Made by a program: the position numbers and the translations under genes. DNA of 63,387 nucleotides, filler included, from Folioceros fuciformis (lineage: Eukaryota), in assembly GCA_049999805.1 (NCBI GenBank). It is 24 parts of 24 records of this genome, joined end to end, with 100 filler letters (N's around TTAATTAATTAA, not from the genome) between each part and the next. Parts side by side here need not be neighbours in the genome. Positions count along the whole stretch, not along the records: positions 48,266 to 49,900 come from JBNGIO010005022.1; positions 50,001 to 53,682 come from JBNGIO010005023.1; positions 53,783 to 55,036 come from JBNGIO010005024.1; positions 55,137 to 56,661 come from JBNGIO010005025.1; positions 56,762 to 58,450 come from JBNGIO010005027.1; positions 58,551 to 60,745 come from JBNGIO010005028.1; positions 60,846 to 63,387 come from JBNGIO010005029.1; 17 more parts are not named here. The stretch is one strand, 5' to 3'. Below the pieces are notes generated by a model that ran no database searches, had not been told where the DNA came from, and saw nothing but the letters and a program-made list of their open reading frames with translations. Shown here piece after piece: positions 48,822-61,381 of this stretch. Positions within the stretch are counted from its first letter, which is position 1, and each line of letters opens with the position of its first letter.

Positions 48822-49900
48822 TACATCCACTCTTGCCACTTGGTAGCTCCCTACTTAAGCTTGGAAAGTAATACTTTGTTTTTGTCGTTTTTGACTTGGC
48901 CTCCTCAGCTGCTAAAGTGATGATATGACTACCATCAATTACTCCAAGTCCTTCCCTATGTTTGTTGTGTTTATAAGTCGGAAGAGTCTTAGTGAAAATA
49001 TCGGCAGTATTATCCTTGGTATTTACATAAGCCACTACCACCACTCCTCGCGAAGTAACATCGCGTATATAATGGTGATATAGCTCAATGTGCTTAGTAC
49101 GAGCATGATAACGAGATTAGCGACTAAAGCTATAGCTGACATGATATCACAATTGAGCAATGTAGGCTGAGGCTGGGGCCATTTTATATCACTTAGAAGT
49201 GAATGCTCCCACTCAGCCTCTTTACTTGCTTCAGTAAGAGCTTTATACTCCTCCTCTATCGAACTCAAGGCGAGACTCGTTTGCTTCTTACATCTCCAGC
49301 TTACGGAGGCGCCAGCTAACATAAAACAATATGCGGAAATACTTTTCCGCGTGTCGGCGTCAAAGGCCCAGTTGGCATCTACATATCCAGATAGCTCGAA
49401 CTCTTTTCGACCTGTAGAAGTGTAGCAGATGTCATATGTTGAGGTACCACTCACGTGCCTCAGGATCCTCTTCGCTGCTATCCAATGCTTCCTACCCGGA
49501 TTCTGAAGGTATTGAGCAGCAGCATTAACAGCATGCATGATATCGGGCCTAGTCCAATTAGCCAAACAAAGGTGACAACCCACACAAGCAGCATAAGGGA
49601 TGGTAAGCATATCCTCACGCTCAGCATCAGATTGTGGGCAATCCTCAGAAGATAACCGAATACCAACTACCCCTGGAGTAGATACGGGCCTTGCTGTTTG
49701 CATATTGAAACGGGTTAAGATTTCTCTTACATATTTTTGTTGATTCATAAATATTCGGCCATTAGGTCGGTCTCAAAGAATCTGAATCCCGAGACACCAT
49801 TGAAGAACCCCAATATCCTTCATATCAAATTCAGCCGGAAGCATATCCTTAACAAAATTAATTAACTTCATACTAGTGCCAAACATACATATGTCATCAA
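48822..49900 (-). mobile_element. Copia RT end and RNase H
   Basis: IPYAACVG, GYVDANWA and ADIFTKTL. Confidence 0.93.
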
Positions 49901-50000
49901 NNNNNNNNNNNNNNNNNNNNNNNNNNNNNNNNNNNNNNNNNNNNTTAATTAATTAANNNNNNNNNNNNNNNNNNNNNNNNNNNNNNNNNNNNNNNNNNNN

Positions 50001-51208
50001 TCCTCAACTTTCCTTCCTCGCTATTATGAACGGTTGCCCACTGTGGGAAAACCCTAAAAATAATGCCTTTTCATTTTTTTTTATGACGTTTCAGTTAGGT
50101 CAAATCAACCAACATGTCCCAATCCTGTGAAGTGGCACCTACAGGTGGACCAATGTGGTTGTGTCCAGGTAGATTCAGCAAAAAAAGGTGCAATGAAAAA
50201 TGCACCGATTCAGATCGGGGCAGGAATTCCTCTTGCGCCTGGATGTCCCCACTTTGGAGCAGCGGAAGGCTTCACAGCACATGGGCACTGGAATCCGATC
50301 CATCAGGCAAGCTACTCTGTTTAAGGTTCTGCAATTTGAGGTCCATGTGTTGAAGGAGATCAGTAATGTGGCTGATATCCTGTTGCAGCTCGTTTTTGCA
50401 TATCAGAGTTGCTCGCTCTATCTCAGAATCCATGCTGCAAAATTTGTTCTTGAGAAACACCTGGTTTGACAGCACAAGGGACAACACTTTTTTTCTTTTT
50501 TCCCCACGGATAAGTATCGCTTGCGATTTGTCAGCAGTGATCCTCAATCCAATGTGGGCATTAAATTTTGTGTCGTGGTGTCTTGCTGCAGATTGTCGCG
50601 TGGCCCTTGGTCTTCCTACAGGAGATCCTGAGACTTTTATTTCGGCTGTAGGTTTGTACAAGTAATTTGGGGAGGCTGTAGCTTCTGGTCGAGGTGTGGG
50701 GCACAGGTTGGGGTTTTGTCCTCTCTTGTGGCAGCATGCTCGATAGAGCTGGTTGGCCTCTAAATTTCTGTTCAATATCTAGGAGGATGTAGGACGACGT
50801 TGAACAGACAGTCTTTGTAGCCAGAGAGCAAGGTAGTTTTGCTCGTAGAGGTCACGCACCGTGTCTACAGGCAAGGGTGCTATATGTCTTGGTGGACATC
50901 CTCCTAGATGAGAATATCTAGAGGATCCACCTAGATGTGAGCCTCTACGATTGCCACCTTGCCTTTGCATCTTTCACGTTGTTGCACAAGATGTAGAGCA
51001 AGGCTCTGATACCATGTGAGGTAACGAGTTGGAGACTAGAAAGCTGAAACTCAAATTGATAAGATAATGTTCAATACAAAAATGTTTATCTAAACTACTT
51101 CTTAAAACTGGCCATAGTGTCGCTTCACCAAATGACCTTTCATAACCCTCACGTATATATGTTATTAGTACTTAAGTGAGTATTAGGTTATATACATATA
51201 CCTACACA
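50001..51208 (-). mobile_element. LTR, PBS and leader with helical ORF, nested in a Copia RNase H
   Basis: Short LTR at about 51015-51208, PBS TGGTATCAGAGCC at 51014-51002, ORF 50775-50272. Confidence 0.75.
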
Positions 51209-53682
51209 AGTAACGTTTGCCAGAACCAAGGAGAGTTTGTGTTGCTCATGCAACTGCTTGCTTAGGCCTTTTGTAAGTAGGTCTGCCACATTCTACGCTG
51301 TTTGCACATAAATTGAAGCTATGATCTTCTGTTCAACGGCTTGATATAGTGAAACTGAATTTCTATGTGCTTTGATCTAGCATGTAGAATAGGATTAGCG
51401 GATGGTGCAATTGCCGATTGGTTGTCACATTGTAATGTCGTAGGGCCAGTTTGGGGTACTTTAATGTCTTTGAGGAATTGACATATCCAGCTGATCTCGC
51501 AGGCTGCCAAGGATAAAGCACTATATTTTGCTTCCGTAGATGAGAGGCTGATAGTGCTAAGCTTTTTGCTTTGCCAACTTATGGCAGATCCACAAAGGAG
51601 ATTGCAGTAGGCAGCTATGGACTTCCGTCCATCCACATCACCGGCCCAGTCTGCATCCGTGTAGTAGGTAAGTGTAAAGTCTGGTGCTTTAGTATACTTG
51701 AGACATAGATGCCTAGTTCCCTTGAAAAAGCGTAGGATTCTCTTTACAGCGATCCAGTGTCGCTTGCCAAGGTTTGATAAATAACGTGATACAACACTTG
51801 TTGCTAGAGAAATATTCGGACGTGTCCATCCTACAAGGTATAGAAGACTCTCGACAACCTCCCTATAAGGTATTTGAGACATTTCATATTTGTCCGTCTC
51901 TGTTGTTGGGCAGTCTGCTGTTGAGAGCTTTTCTCCAGTAGCAACAAGGATGGCAACAAGATTGATATCTTGTAGCTAGAACTTGTTCGGAATTTGTCTA
52001 ATGAAGTGCTCTTGATGCAAGGTCACCGAAGCATCAATTGGATTCCAAGAGCAAAACGTAGAGGACCAACATCAGTCATAACCCACTCTTCAACTAAGTC
52101 CTTTTCAACTTGTGTGAGAATTTCTTGGCTGCTAGAGAATATGAAATTATCGTCTACATACAACGCAATGATACATAATCCGTTTGCTGTACGCAGAACG
52201 TACACGTTGCAATTTGTTGTGAGAGGTTCAAAATCGAAAGCTTGAAGCTTCTTGTCAGCTCGTCCGTTCCATATGCGAGCTGATTGTTTCAGCCCATATA
52301 ATGACTTCAGTAGTTCACACACAAGGTCTAGATCAAACACATATGCTTCTGGCCGTGTCATGAAGATGGTCTCGTCCAGGGGACCGTTTAAAAAGGCTGT
52401 TTTAACGTCCATCTGGTGAACTAGTAAATTGTGTTGAATGGCATAGCAGAGGAGTATCCTCATAAAGGTGGGCTTCACCACGGGACTGAAACTCTCGTTA
52501 TAATCGAGCCCTTGTACTTGTGTGTATACTTTGGTGACCAAACGTGCCTTGTAGCGGGCAACAGAACCATCCGAGTTTAGGTTCGACTTAAAAACCCACT
52601 TGGAGGTAATTGCGTTACGCCCTGGAGGTAATCCAACCAATTTCCATGTTTAGTTGTCCATGAGTGATTTATATTCGCTGTCGATTGCCTGTTGCCAATC
52701 TGATTTTTGTGGTGAGGCGAGAGCCTTCTTGTAGGTCATTGGAGTATCGGGTGGTTCCATAACTGTATAGGCCATGGCTGGCTATTCAGCATAATTATAC
52801 TCATGTTTGAGTGGTTCATCATGTGCAGGTTGAATTGGTATATTAGGTTATGTTGGATCCATCTCCAACTCATCAACATGGACAGTGGCCTCATCAAGCT
52901 GATTATTATCATGACCAAGTGGATCAGGGGCTGCAGGCAAAACTACAACTGTTTCAGGCTCAAAATCATGTGGTCACCATCTAAATTTGAATAGGGTAAA
53001 CTGTCTTCATGTATAGGTGTATGGCCATTTATGGTGATTGTAGGCAGAGTGTCATAATTGGATACTAACTTCTCGTGGGATTGCAGGATACAAGATTCAT
53101 TAAAGCTTACACTACGTGCTATGGATAGATCCCTCCCTGGTGGAGGGATTATAAAGCTTGTATCCTTTCACCGTATCTGAATAGCCAACAAATATATGCT
53201 TTGTGTCTTTGTTGTCCATCTTTCTTCGCTTGTCTGCTGATATGTAGGCATAGGCTACTACTCCAAAGATTTTGAGGTGACTGATACAAGGTTTGTGAGC
53301 AGTCTATCTCTCAAAGGGTGTGGTGAGGCAACCAGTTGGTGACATAATTAACAGAGTCCACTGCCTCTACCCAATATCCCCTGGTAAGTCCTTCCAAAGT
53401 GAGTGCGGCTCTTGTCCTTTCTTGCAAAATCCTGTTATAGCGCTCTGCAAATGGATTTTGGGGCGGATGATATGGAATTGTTTAATTGGTGTATTATGCC
53501 CTTTTGTCTGCTGAAAGCACTGAAGTGTTCAACAAACTTGGCATAAGTCTGCTGGCGGCTATGTAAATAATAGAGCTGGCAATAATGACTCCATTCATCC
53601 ATAAAAGATAAGAAATAGAAATTGTGTGGACATGGGTCCACAAATGTCCGAATGGACAACTTCTAGCAGGGCAGTAGCCTTG
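51209..53682 (-). mobile_element. Copia INT-RT-RNase H
   Basis: FMDEWS, QNPFAER, VKGYKL, MDVKTAFLNG, ALYVDD and YTDADWAGD. Confidence 0.95.
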
Positions 53683-53782
53683 NNNNNNNNNNNNNNNNNN
53701 NNNNNNNNNNNNNNNNNNNNNNNNNNTTAATTAATTAANNNNNNNNNNNNNNNNNNNNNNNNNNNNNNNNNNNNNNNNNNNN

Positions 53783-54840
53783 GGGCTTATCCTTTGAGGA
53801 CAAGCCACCCCGGGCAGTTGAGACCAATGCTAAGAGAATGGAGAGGGTTGCGCAGGATGAGGACTACCTCAACGTTGTTCGTAGAAGAGCCCATGCGAAA
53901 AGGATCAGGTCGACCACGTTCGATCTTCATGTGGATATCCTCCACCCTGCAAGCTATATCACAGTGGATGCCCAGATTTGTGAGCTTGACGAAGCCTGGA
54001 TGAAATGCCTGGTCAGGCAGATGCAGACAGGGTGTGTGAAGGAAGGTATTTTACCTCTCCTATGCATGATTGATCCGAAACAGCCTTCCAAGAAGGAGGA
54101 TGTTTCGCTCGAGAAGATAACAGCGCAGGGGTACCAGATGGGAGTGCTTGGGGGCAACCACTGCTTCGCAGCTATGCAGAAGCTGCATCAGATGTACCCA
54201 AGAGAAGACAAGTACGAGTGGATGGAAGGGCATGTTTATGCAGGCCTCACGGATGAGGAAATGTGAGTCCTCGCTGGTGATCACAATGTGTTTGCCGACA
54301 AACGGAAGAGGATGGGCTTCAGCGAACAAGTAAGATATATCCATGACGAGTTGGATATTTTCTACAGGAGCCACAGCCTGGACGAGAAGCCACCAGTGAA
54401 GTGGAAATTCAATCTGTACAGGTTGCTGGGGATGACAGATGAGGCAGGTGACCCAAGGGATACTGACTGGGTCCAGAAGATGGTGGATAGATAAACACTG
54501 CCATATCGCGTGGCAAGGTGCAGCGGAGTCCTGTGGGAGAACGTGGATAGGATCTTTAAGATGTGGGAGAGGAGCGAGCTTCCAGAATAGGTAGCAGGAG
54601 GGAGCACAGGCACGAAGAAGCGGGCGAAAGCAAAGAGGAAGCCAGGGGAAGCTGGCATAGCTTCTAGTAGCACTCCAGTCGCTGACGAGTCCACCAAGAA
54701 GGTAACGACAATGCAGGGCAGGCCTTGGAGGGCCTTTCAAGGGGTTCCAGCAGGGGCAAAAGGAGAAGAAATGCTGATTGCAGTGACGCAGAATGTCATA
54801 CAAGGGAAGCTTAAGCTAAAGGATATGGACGCAGAGGTGG
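53783..54840 (+). pseudogene. ParB/Srx-like N-terminal part of the ParB-MTase gene
   Basis: One frame with a few stops: QI(C)ELDEAWMKCL, LPLLCMI, YQMGVLGGNH(C)FAA (GGNH at 54150; TGC plausibly from CGC), HVYAGLTDEEM*VLAGDHN, then basic KKRAKAKRK. The 3' 250 bp align with 11738-11990. Truncated by a TGTGGGG insertion at 54841. Confidence 0.72.
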
Positions 54841-55175
54841 TGTGGGGTTAAAATATGGTACCCAGGGGTACCGCGAGGTCCACACAAGCCCTCTATGTCG
54901 TTGTAGCTCTGGGATTCAATCCCAAGGGAATGATTTGTGTTAAACTACACGGGTTAGCTTCTAAAGTCAATTAACACCTAAAGCTCGATTGACCCACACA
55001 CACACGCCCAGCGCTCGGACCTTACCAAGCCCCCTTNNNNNNNNNNNNNNNNNNNNNNNNNNNNNNNNNNNNNNNNNNNNTTAATTAATTAANNNNNNNN
55101 NNNNNNNNNNNNNNNNNNNNNNNNNNNNNNNNNNNNCTCGCTCCTGTTCGGCCGATCCTAGTCCATGTCTTGATA

Positions 55176-56661
55176 TGGTATCAAAGCCATGGACCCAGCA
55201 TTGTGGATCCCAGCTATGGACGCATTGCTCATTTGTCCGACCAGGTCTCGAATCTGTGCAAAGAGCAGCAGTCAGTCAACACACAAATTGTCAAACTTCT
55301 TCTCTTGCATAAATTGGGAGAAAGCACTTTGGTCAAGCCCATGCTTAAGCCGGTAGCTGTAGACTCATCAAAAGAAAGCTTGCTGGAGCAGTATGTGGAA
55401 GCGACCGCCGAATGTTTCCTAGAGGGCGTCGAGGCAAGTCACAAGAGCCCACAAGGAGCAAGCCTGTGAAAGACCCTCGAGCTAGGAGGAAGGCCCGTTT
55501 GGTCTCACCGAAGCGGAAGCCATACAAAGTCATGGCAAATCCACCACCACCTGCAGCAACGGTGACAAACATAAGGTTAGATTTCAAGGATCGAGATCGG
55601 TTCGACGGATCCGGCTACGATGTCTGGATGCAGCGTGTGAAGATTCTTCTCCAACTTGAGGACTTGTGGGATGTGGCTTCTAGCGCAACGGCCAAGCCTG
55701 CTTCCGCAATGTCAGCCCCCGATGTCATCGCCAAGTGGGAGAAGATCGACCTGTGTGCACGAGCTTTGCTTCAGTCCGCGCTGGACAGCTCAATGATGCA
55801 CCATGTCGACGACGCCGAGTCCACAGCTCAAGCTTGGGCGTCCCTCCATCAGGTCTTCGCAACAACGAATTCCACATCGCTTGTTTCAGCCAGCCGTCAT
55901 TTCTGGAATTTGCACATGAAGGAGACACAGTTGGTCAAACAACATATCCAGCAGTTTCGCCATTTGAGGCAACGGCTAGCGTTGGCCGGCACAAAGGTCT
56001 CGGAGCTCCAAGCTGCCGTTGCTCTCCTCATGTCTCTACCATAACGGTTCAGAACCTTTGTAAGTACTCAAAATGCAACCCTGCGAGCAGCAGCATCAGC
56101 GCCTGCAGGCACAGTGACAATCACATTGTCAGAAATCATCAGAGCATTGCTGGAGGAGGAGTCCTCTCACAAATCAACTTGAGGAGCGTCTCCATCCTCC
56201 GGCAACAGCAACAATCGAGTCCTTTTTGCCGCAAGGGGGAGAGGGCGAGGCCGTTTTCAAGCCGGCCGGCCACCTTGGCAGTCCAAGAAGCCAGCAGATA
56301 ATAGAAGCTGGGGGAGCTCACCTTCGACAAAGAAGAAAGGTAGCTGTAATTGGTGTCTTTTCCATGGACACCACGAACACGAATGTCGCAAGAAGAAGGC
56401 GGGAGAACCTCGCCGGACAGCACCTCCAGAAGCTCATGCTGCTACCAAGGCTCGGGCCCCATCCCTCCTTGCGATGTACCTGGTGCATGCGGCTGGCGAC
56501 AAGCATGCGTTGTACCTGGACTCTGGGGCGTCTGCTCACATCTGCAACACCAAGTCTGCATTCGTCTCTTACAAGCAAGGCCCGGCACGACAGTACGTGC
56601 TGTTGGGTGACAACAGTGGCCTGAAGATCGAAGGTTCAGGTGCGGTCGAGGTCACCCTCCA
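55176..56661 (+). mobile_element. Copia PBS, leader ORF, gag-protease
   Basis: PBS at 55176. gag MANPPP..RLDFKDRDRF at 55532. CNWCLFHGHHEHEC and YLDSGAS. Confidence 0.93.
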
Positions 56662-56761
56662 NNNNNNNNNNNNNNNNNNNNNNNNNNNNNNNNNNNNNNN
56701 NNNNNTTAATTAATTAANNNNNNNNNNNNNNNNNNNNNNNNNNNNNNNNNNNNNNNNNNNN

Positions 56762-57726
56762 CTCCGGCGATCCTCGATGCAAGGTCTCGGTTCTTTAGGA
56801 CGCAATCGGCACAGAATCGCCAGACAGTTCGACAGAACTGTTCGCCTCCCTGTTACACCCCCAAGATGCAAGTAATTAGGGTTTAGGGTTTGCTGGGTTA
56901 ATAAGCCTAAATAAGTAAGCAACAACAGCTGGGATAATTAACTGCTGGGTTAATAAACTGAAATAAATGATAAAGCTAATCATATACTAACATCTTGCAC
57001 ATTCAGACAATCTTTCAAAGCCGTTTTTAGCCACATCGGTTCACAGCGCCGTGGCACAGCTTTCGCAACATTGACCACAATCAGGCTGTGGCTATTGTAG
57101 TCATCAGTGATATGGCTTGGTGGGTGCCGCGTACAAATAAAATTGATGTGTGTTTCGTCTTCCACGCCGTCAACGAACGCACAGAGAATCCACCCAGGCC
57201 TCCCTGCCTCATCATCCGGCAAGCCTTGGAAACCGTTAATCCATAGAGCCATGAGCGGCACCCACGGCAAATTGTAGTCTTCTGGCTCCTCTTCGATCAC
57301 TAAAAACCACTCTTTGTTTGTGTTGAACCTTTTGGCAAGCGTGTCTTCAAGTTTCTTTAGCTTCAAGCGCTCAACAAAGTTGTACACATTTGGAATATTG
57401 TGGTTCTGACTACCACCAGTGCTGCCACCCTGAGTCACATTCACAGGCACATGGTTAAGATGAACCTCGCTAACTTTGCTGTTTGAGGCACGGACGCTCC
57501 CTCCTGAATTGCCTTTCCTGAATGCGAGAGCTGTTGGCTGTGGTGTAACATCTCCTATTGTGATCGCTGGTCGTCGCTGGTTTTCTCTCTCGACAATGGG
57601 GCTAGATGCAGCGCGAGCTAAAGCTTTCGCCCCCTGTCGTGGTTTCTTCGGCCTTGATGGTGCCTCCAATACTTCCATATCAATGGCCGCATTCAGTTGC
57701 TTGTCGCTTCGCCGGCCAACTGCCAT
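56762..57726 (-). CDS. Unknown protein, at least two exons (predicted intron 56850-56991), 3' incomplete
   Basis: Stop-free ~245-codon exon (MAVGRRSDK...CLNVQD). Donor GTTAGT, CTAAT branch and ACAG acceptor give in-frame GGEQFCRTVWRFCADCVLK. Confidence 0.55.
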
Positions 57727-58083
57727 CTTCGCCTGCGCGTGAGGGGAAGTGAACAAGAAAACTTCAGAAGACCAGAGCTGATGCAGAAGAACTGAGGAAT
57801 GACTAAAGCATTCAACGAAAAGATTTGAAGTCAACTATGAAGTTGAATGTGTGTTGCTTGAAATAAGCGGAGTGTTTGAACAACGTCCTCTGCATTTATG
57901 CCAGAACAACGATTACAGTCGTCGTTCCCGACAAACAACAGCTACTTGATTTGGTGATCAAATGTTCATATCAAAAAGGCGGCTTAATTATGCCAGCGTA
58001 ACCTGTATTCAATGAATCGGTGAGTGACGGTATAATGCATCCTGCAAGGAAGCTCCTTTGCGATTAATCAGTGCAACATTGGC

Positions 58084-58450
58084 ATGGATTGGCAGGCTTC
58101 TTCCTCATGCGACATGGTGCCTACGAAAACATCGGAGTTCAATTCTCAAGGTAGGCGACGACTACGGTTGAAGACGAGCATTTGTTTGTTGACGTTGAAA
58201 GTTTGATCTTGTCTGTTCGCATCTTGCTGCTTTATTCCTAAAGATTTAGAAGGAATCGACATCGACTTCCGACCATCTCCTGTACGTCTGAGTCTTCTAG
58301 ATGGCATCCATACTTCGGCAAGGCCATTGCAAACCCAATATCCTTTCACGCCAGTGACCAAGAAAACAACACCTCTGAAGCGGAATGCGGATCGCACAAT
58401 CTTGGACGGGGACTTTGATGATTTGGATGCAGAAGGAACTGCGAGTGGAC
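58084..58450 (+). CDS. Unknown divergent gene, predicted intron 58151-58243, 3' incomplete
   Basis: MDWQASS...NSQ, then G|GTAGGC ... TAAAG|AT; the phase-1 join is open to the contig end (DLEGIDIDFRPSP...). Confidence 0.4.
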
Positions 58451-58849
58451 NNNNNNNNNNNNNNNNNNNNNNNNNNNNNNNNNNNNNNNNNNNNTTAATT
58501 AATTAANNNNNNNNNNNNNNNNNNNNNNNNNNNNNNNNNNNNNNNNNNNNAATCTGTCACTCAAAAAGGGGTTCGCGAATAGTTTTTCCCTCTACATGGA
58601 GATTGAAGTCGTCTTTCTTCAAACTCAGGTCAGAGGATCGAAGACCAGTGTCGTCTTCACACAGATTCCTGGGTGTCCTTAGTTCTCTATGCTCCTTGAG
58701 TCTGCTCGGATTGACGACTGTTTCCACTTGCATTACGAGTATGCTCCATGTAGCAAGGCCACAGCTGACTTCTTAAAGCTCCCACTGTGTGAGTGCACTG
58801 CTCTCGCTAGGTGTTCGTGACTTCTCGTGCAACTAAACCTAAACGACTG

Positions 58850-60745
58850 ACGAGCTCATGATGCTTGTCTCTTGGCAGGCCCTTTGTAAGCAAATCTGCG
58901 AGATTTTCCTCACTTGGGGTGTATTCAACTTCAACCTATCCTGATGAGACAAGATGCCGAATGAAGTGATGTGCCACTTCTATGTGGCGTGTGCGAGCAT
59001 GGAACTTGGTGTTTAGGGTTAGGGCTATTGCTGACTGATTGTCACAATAGAGTTTGGTGGGACCTTTTTGTGTTTGATGTAGTCCAGCTAGTGTAGCTCG
59101 TCTTGAGACAGCCTCTTTGCCTGCTCGAGTGAGGGCTCCGTACTCGCTTTCTGTGCAGCTGAGGCAGATGGTGGGAAGAAGCTTACATGACCACGAAACG
59201 GCAGCACCTGCCAGCATGTATACGTACGCTGCTACACTCCTGCGTGAATCAGGGTTTGCAGCCCAGTCTGCATCCGACCAGCCCGTCAATATCAGTTTTG
59301 AAGATCCCGAGGTTTTGTAAGTTAAACCGAGGTCCTTCGTCCCTAGCAGGTATCTGTAGATTCTTTTCACAGCTGACCAATGGTTCCTGCCCGGATTTTG
59401 AGAGAACTATGCAACTTCCTGAGTGGCCTTGCTTATGTCAAAGCGTGTCCAGACACTCAGGTATATCAAACACCCTACAGCTGCCTTATAGGGGATAGTT
59501 TCCATATCTTTCCTTTCTTGATCAGTCGTTGGCTGATCATCTGCTGTTAGCTTAGTGCCCATGGCCAGTGGTGTGTTCACAGGTCGTGCATTAGCTAGAT
59601 TAAACCTAACAGAGATGTCATGTATGTACTTGGACTGATGAAGGATGATTGTTCCTGCAGCTCTATTCCTCTCAACCTGGACTCCTAAACAGTAGCTTAG
59701 ATCACCTAGTTGTTTCATCTTGTATTCCTCGGCGAGCTTCTGTTTGATGTTGGCCATGAGTGATTTTTTGGTTGCGACTACCATAAGGTCATCAACGTAC
59801 AATGCAATGATGACCATGCCTGAGTCATTCAACAGGACATACATGTTAGGGTCAGAGTCTGTATTGACAAAACCGAGCGAGAACAGAAAGGCGTTGATTC
59901 TGTTGTACCACGCTCTCGGAGCCTGTTTGAGTCCATAGAGGGCCTTGAGTAATTTGCAAGCTTTCTGTTCCTTGTTCTTTTGTACGTATCCTTGGGGTTG
60001 ACTAACGTAAATCGTCTCTTCCAGGTCCCCATAGAGGAAGGCCGTGGTTACATCCATATGCTCAAGCTCTAAATTGAGTTCAGCGGTCAGAGCGAGTAAG
60101 AATCTTACAGTTGAAGTTCTGACGACGGGAAAGTACAGTTCATGTTCGAGGTAGTCAATTCCATTTTGTTGCCGGAATCCTCTGGCGACGAATCTAGCTT
60201 TGTACCTATCAATTGTGCCATCTGCTTTGAACTTCTTCTTGAACACCCATTTGGTGTCGATTGCTCTACGACCCTGAGGAAGATCCTCAAGTATCCATGT
60301 TTTGTTTTCCATTAGAGAAGCGTATTCTTCGTCTGCCGCTTTAACCCACTTTTCCTTCTCGGGACTGCTCATGGCCTCATTCTAGTCTAGAGTTCCAGAG
60401 TCCTCTGCAGCAACTGTTAGTACTTGTGCCAAGTGTCCATGATCGGATGTCGAATTGGACTTCGAGGAACGAGGATGAATTGGAGCCGAGATTGTCGCTA
60501 TAGCAATGCTAGGTCTGCTGTTCCAGTACTTAGAAGGGTTGAACGGGGGCTGTGACCACTCATCCGGGTTACGAGTGTGGAGCTTGGATGATCTCCGGAG
60601 TGTGGGTAACTCAGGGGATTCGGTTTCGTTTTCTGAATCAACCATTTCCTCAGCTGGTGGTACTTCTTCCTCGTGCTCATGAGTTGAGTCTGAATGCGAA
60701 GTTTCTACTTCAAGAGGTTGAGTTTGTGTTCCCAAGGGAGCTGCA
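58850..60745 (-). mobile_element. Copia RT-RNase H
   Basis: YKARFVARGF, MDVTTAFLYG, ALYVDD, GWSDADWA and HARTRHIEV. Confidence 0.96.
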
Positions 60746-60845
60746 NNNNNNNNNNNNNNNNNNNNNNNNNNNNNNNNNNNNNNNNNNNNTTAATTAATTA
60801 ANNNNNNNNNNNNNNNNNNNNNNNNNNNNNNNNNNNNNNNNNNNN

Positions 60846-61381
60846 TTAATACCCCTTTCTAATATGAGATTATTACTATTACCGTATCTACATGGTATCA
60901 GAGCCGGTTGGCTCACCGCCGCCTGGCTTCGCCTCCACCCGGCTTTCTCGCAACATGAAGGTCGGCATACTCTGCAACACCCCGACTTGAAATTCCGATT
61001 TCAGCATGCCTCGACCCCGCCATCCAGCGTGCTTCGCGCCACAAGGCAGACTTGCTCCACAGGCCACAAAATTTTGCAACGATTGCTTAGCTGCCGCGCA
61101 CAGGACACCATCCCATCTTCCACAGTCGCGACCTGCATCAGCACCACCACGCCCACCAGTTTCGAGTCACCTTCAAGCGCAATTCTCCACATACCCTACG
61201 CATCTTCACGGCTGCTCCTACACGGCACCCTTTCCTTCTGCAGTCGTCGCAAGTCCTGAGTATCTAAAGATTCAGCTGAACTGCATAGAGTCGCAACTGG
61301 AAGCCCTCTGCCGAGAACTGTACAATTTCTGTAAGCGCAAGTAGGTTACCTGGATCACTAATCTGTTGATCCTTGCAGCAT
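60846..61381 (+). mobile_element. LTR end, PBS and leader
   Basis: ...TCTACA followed by TGGTATCAGAGCC at 60893. Confidence 0.88.

Noticed and set aside
54060-54803. 247-aa minus-strand ORF
   Set aside because: Antisense shadow of the ParB-like frame; the synonymous-change pattern supports the plus strand.
61331-61378. Intron joining the leader ORF to gag
   Set aside because: GT...CTAAT...TGCAG is present, but it is very short and neither candidate donor gives an in-frame join.
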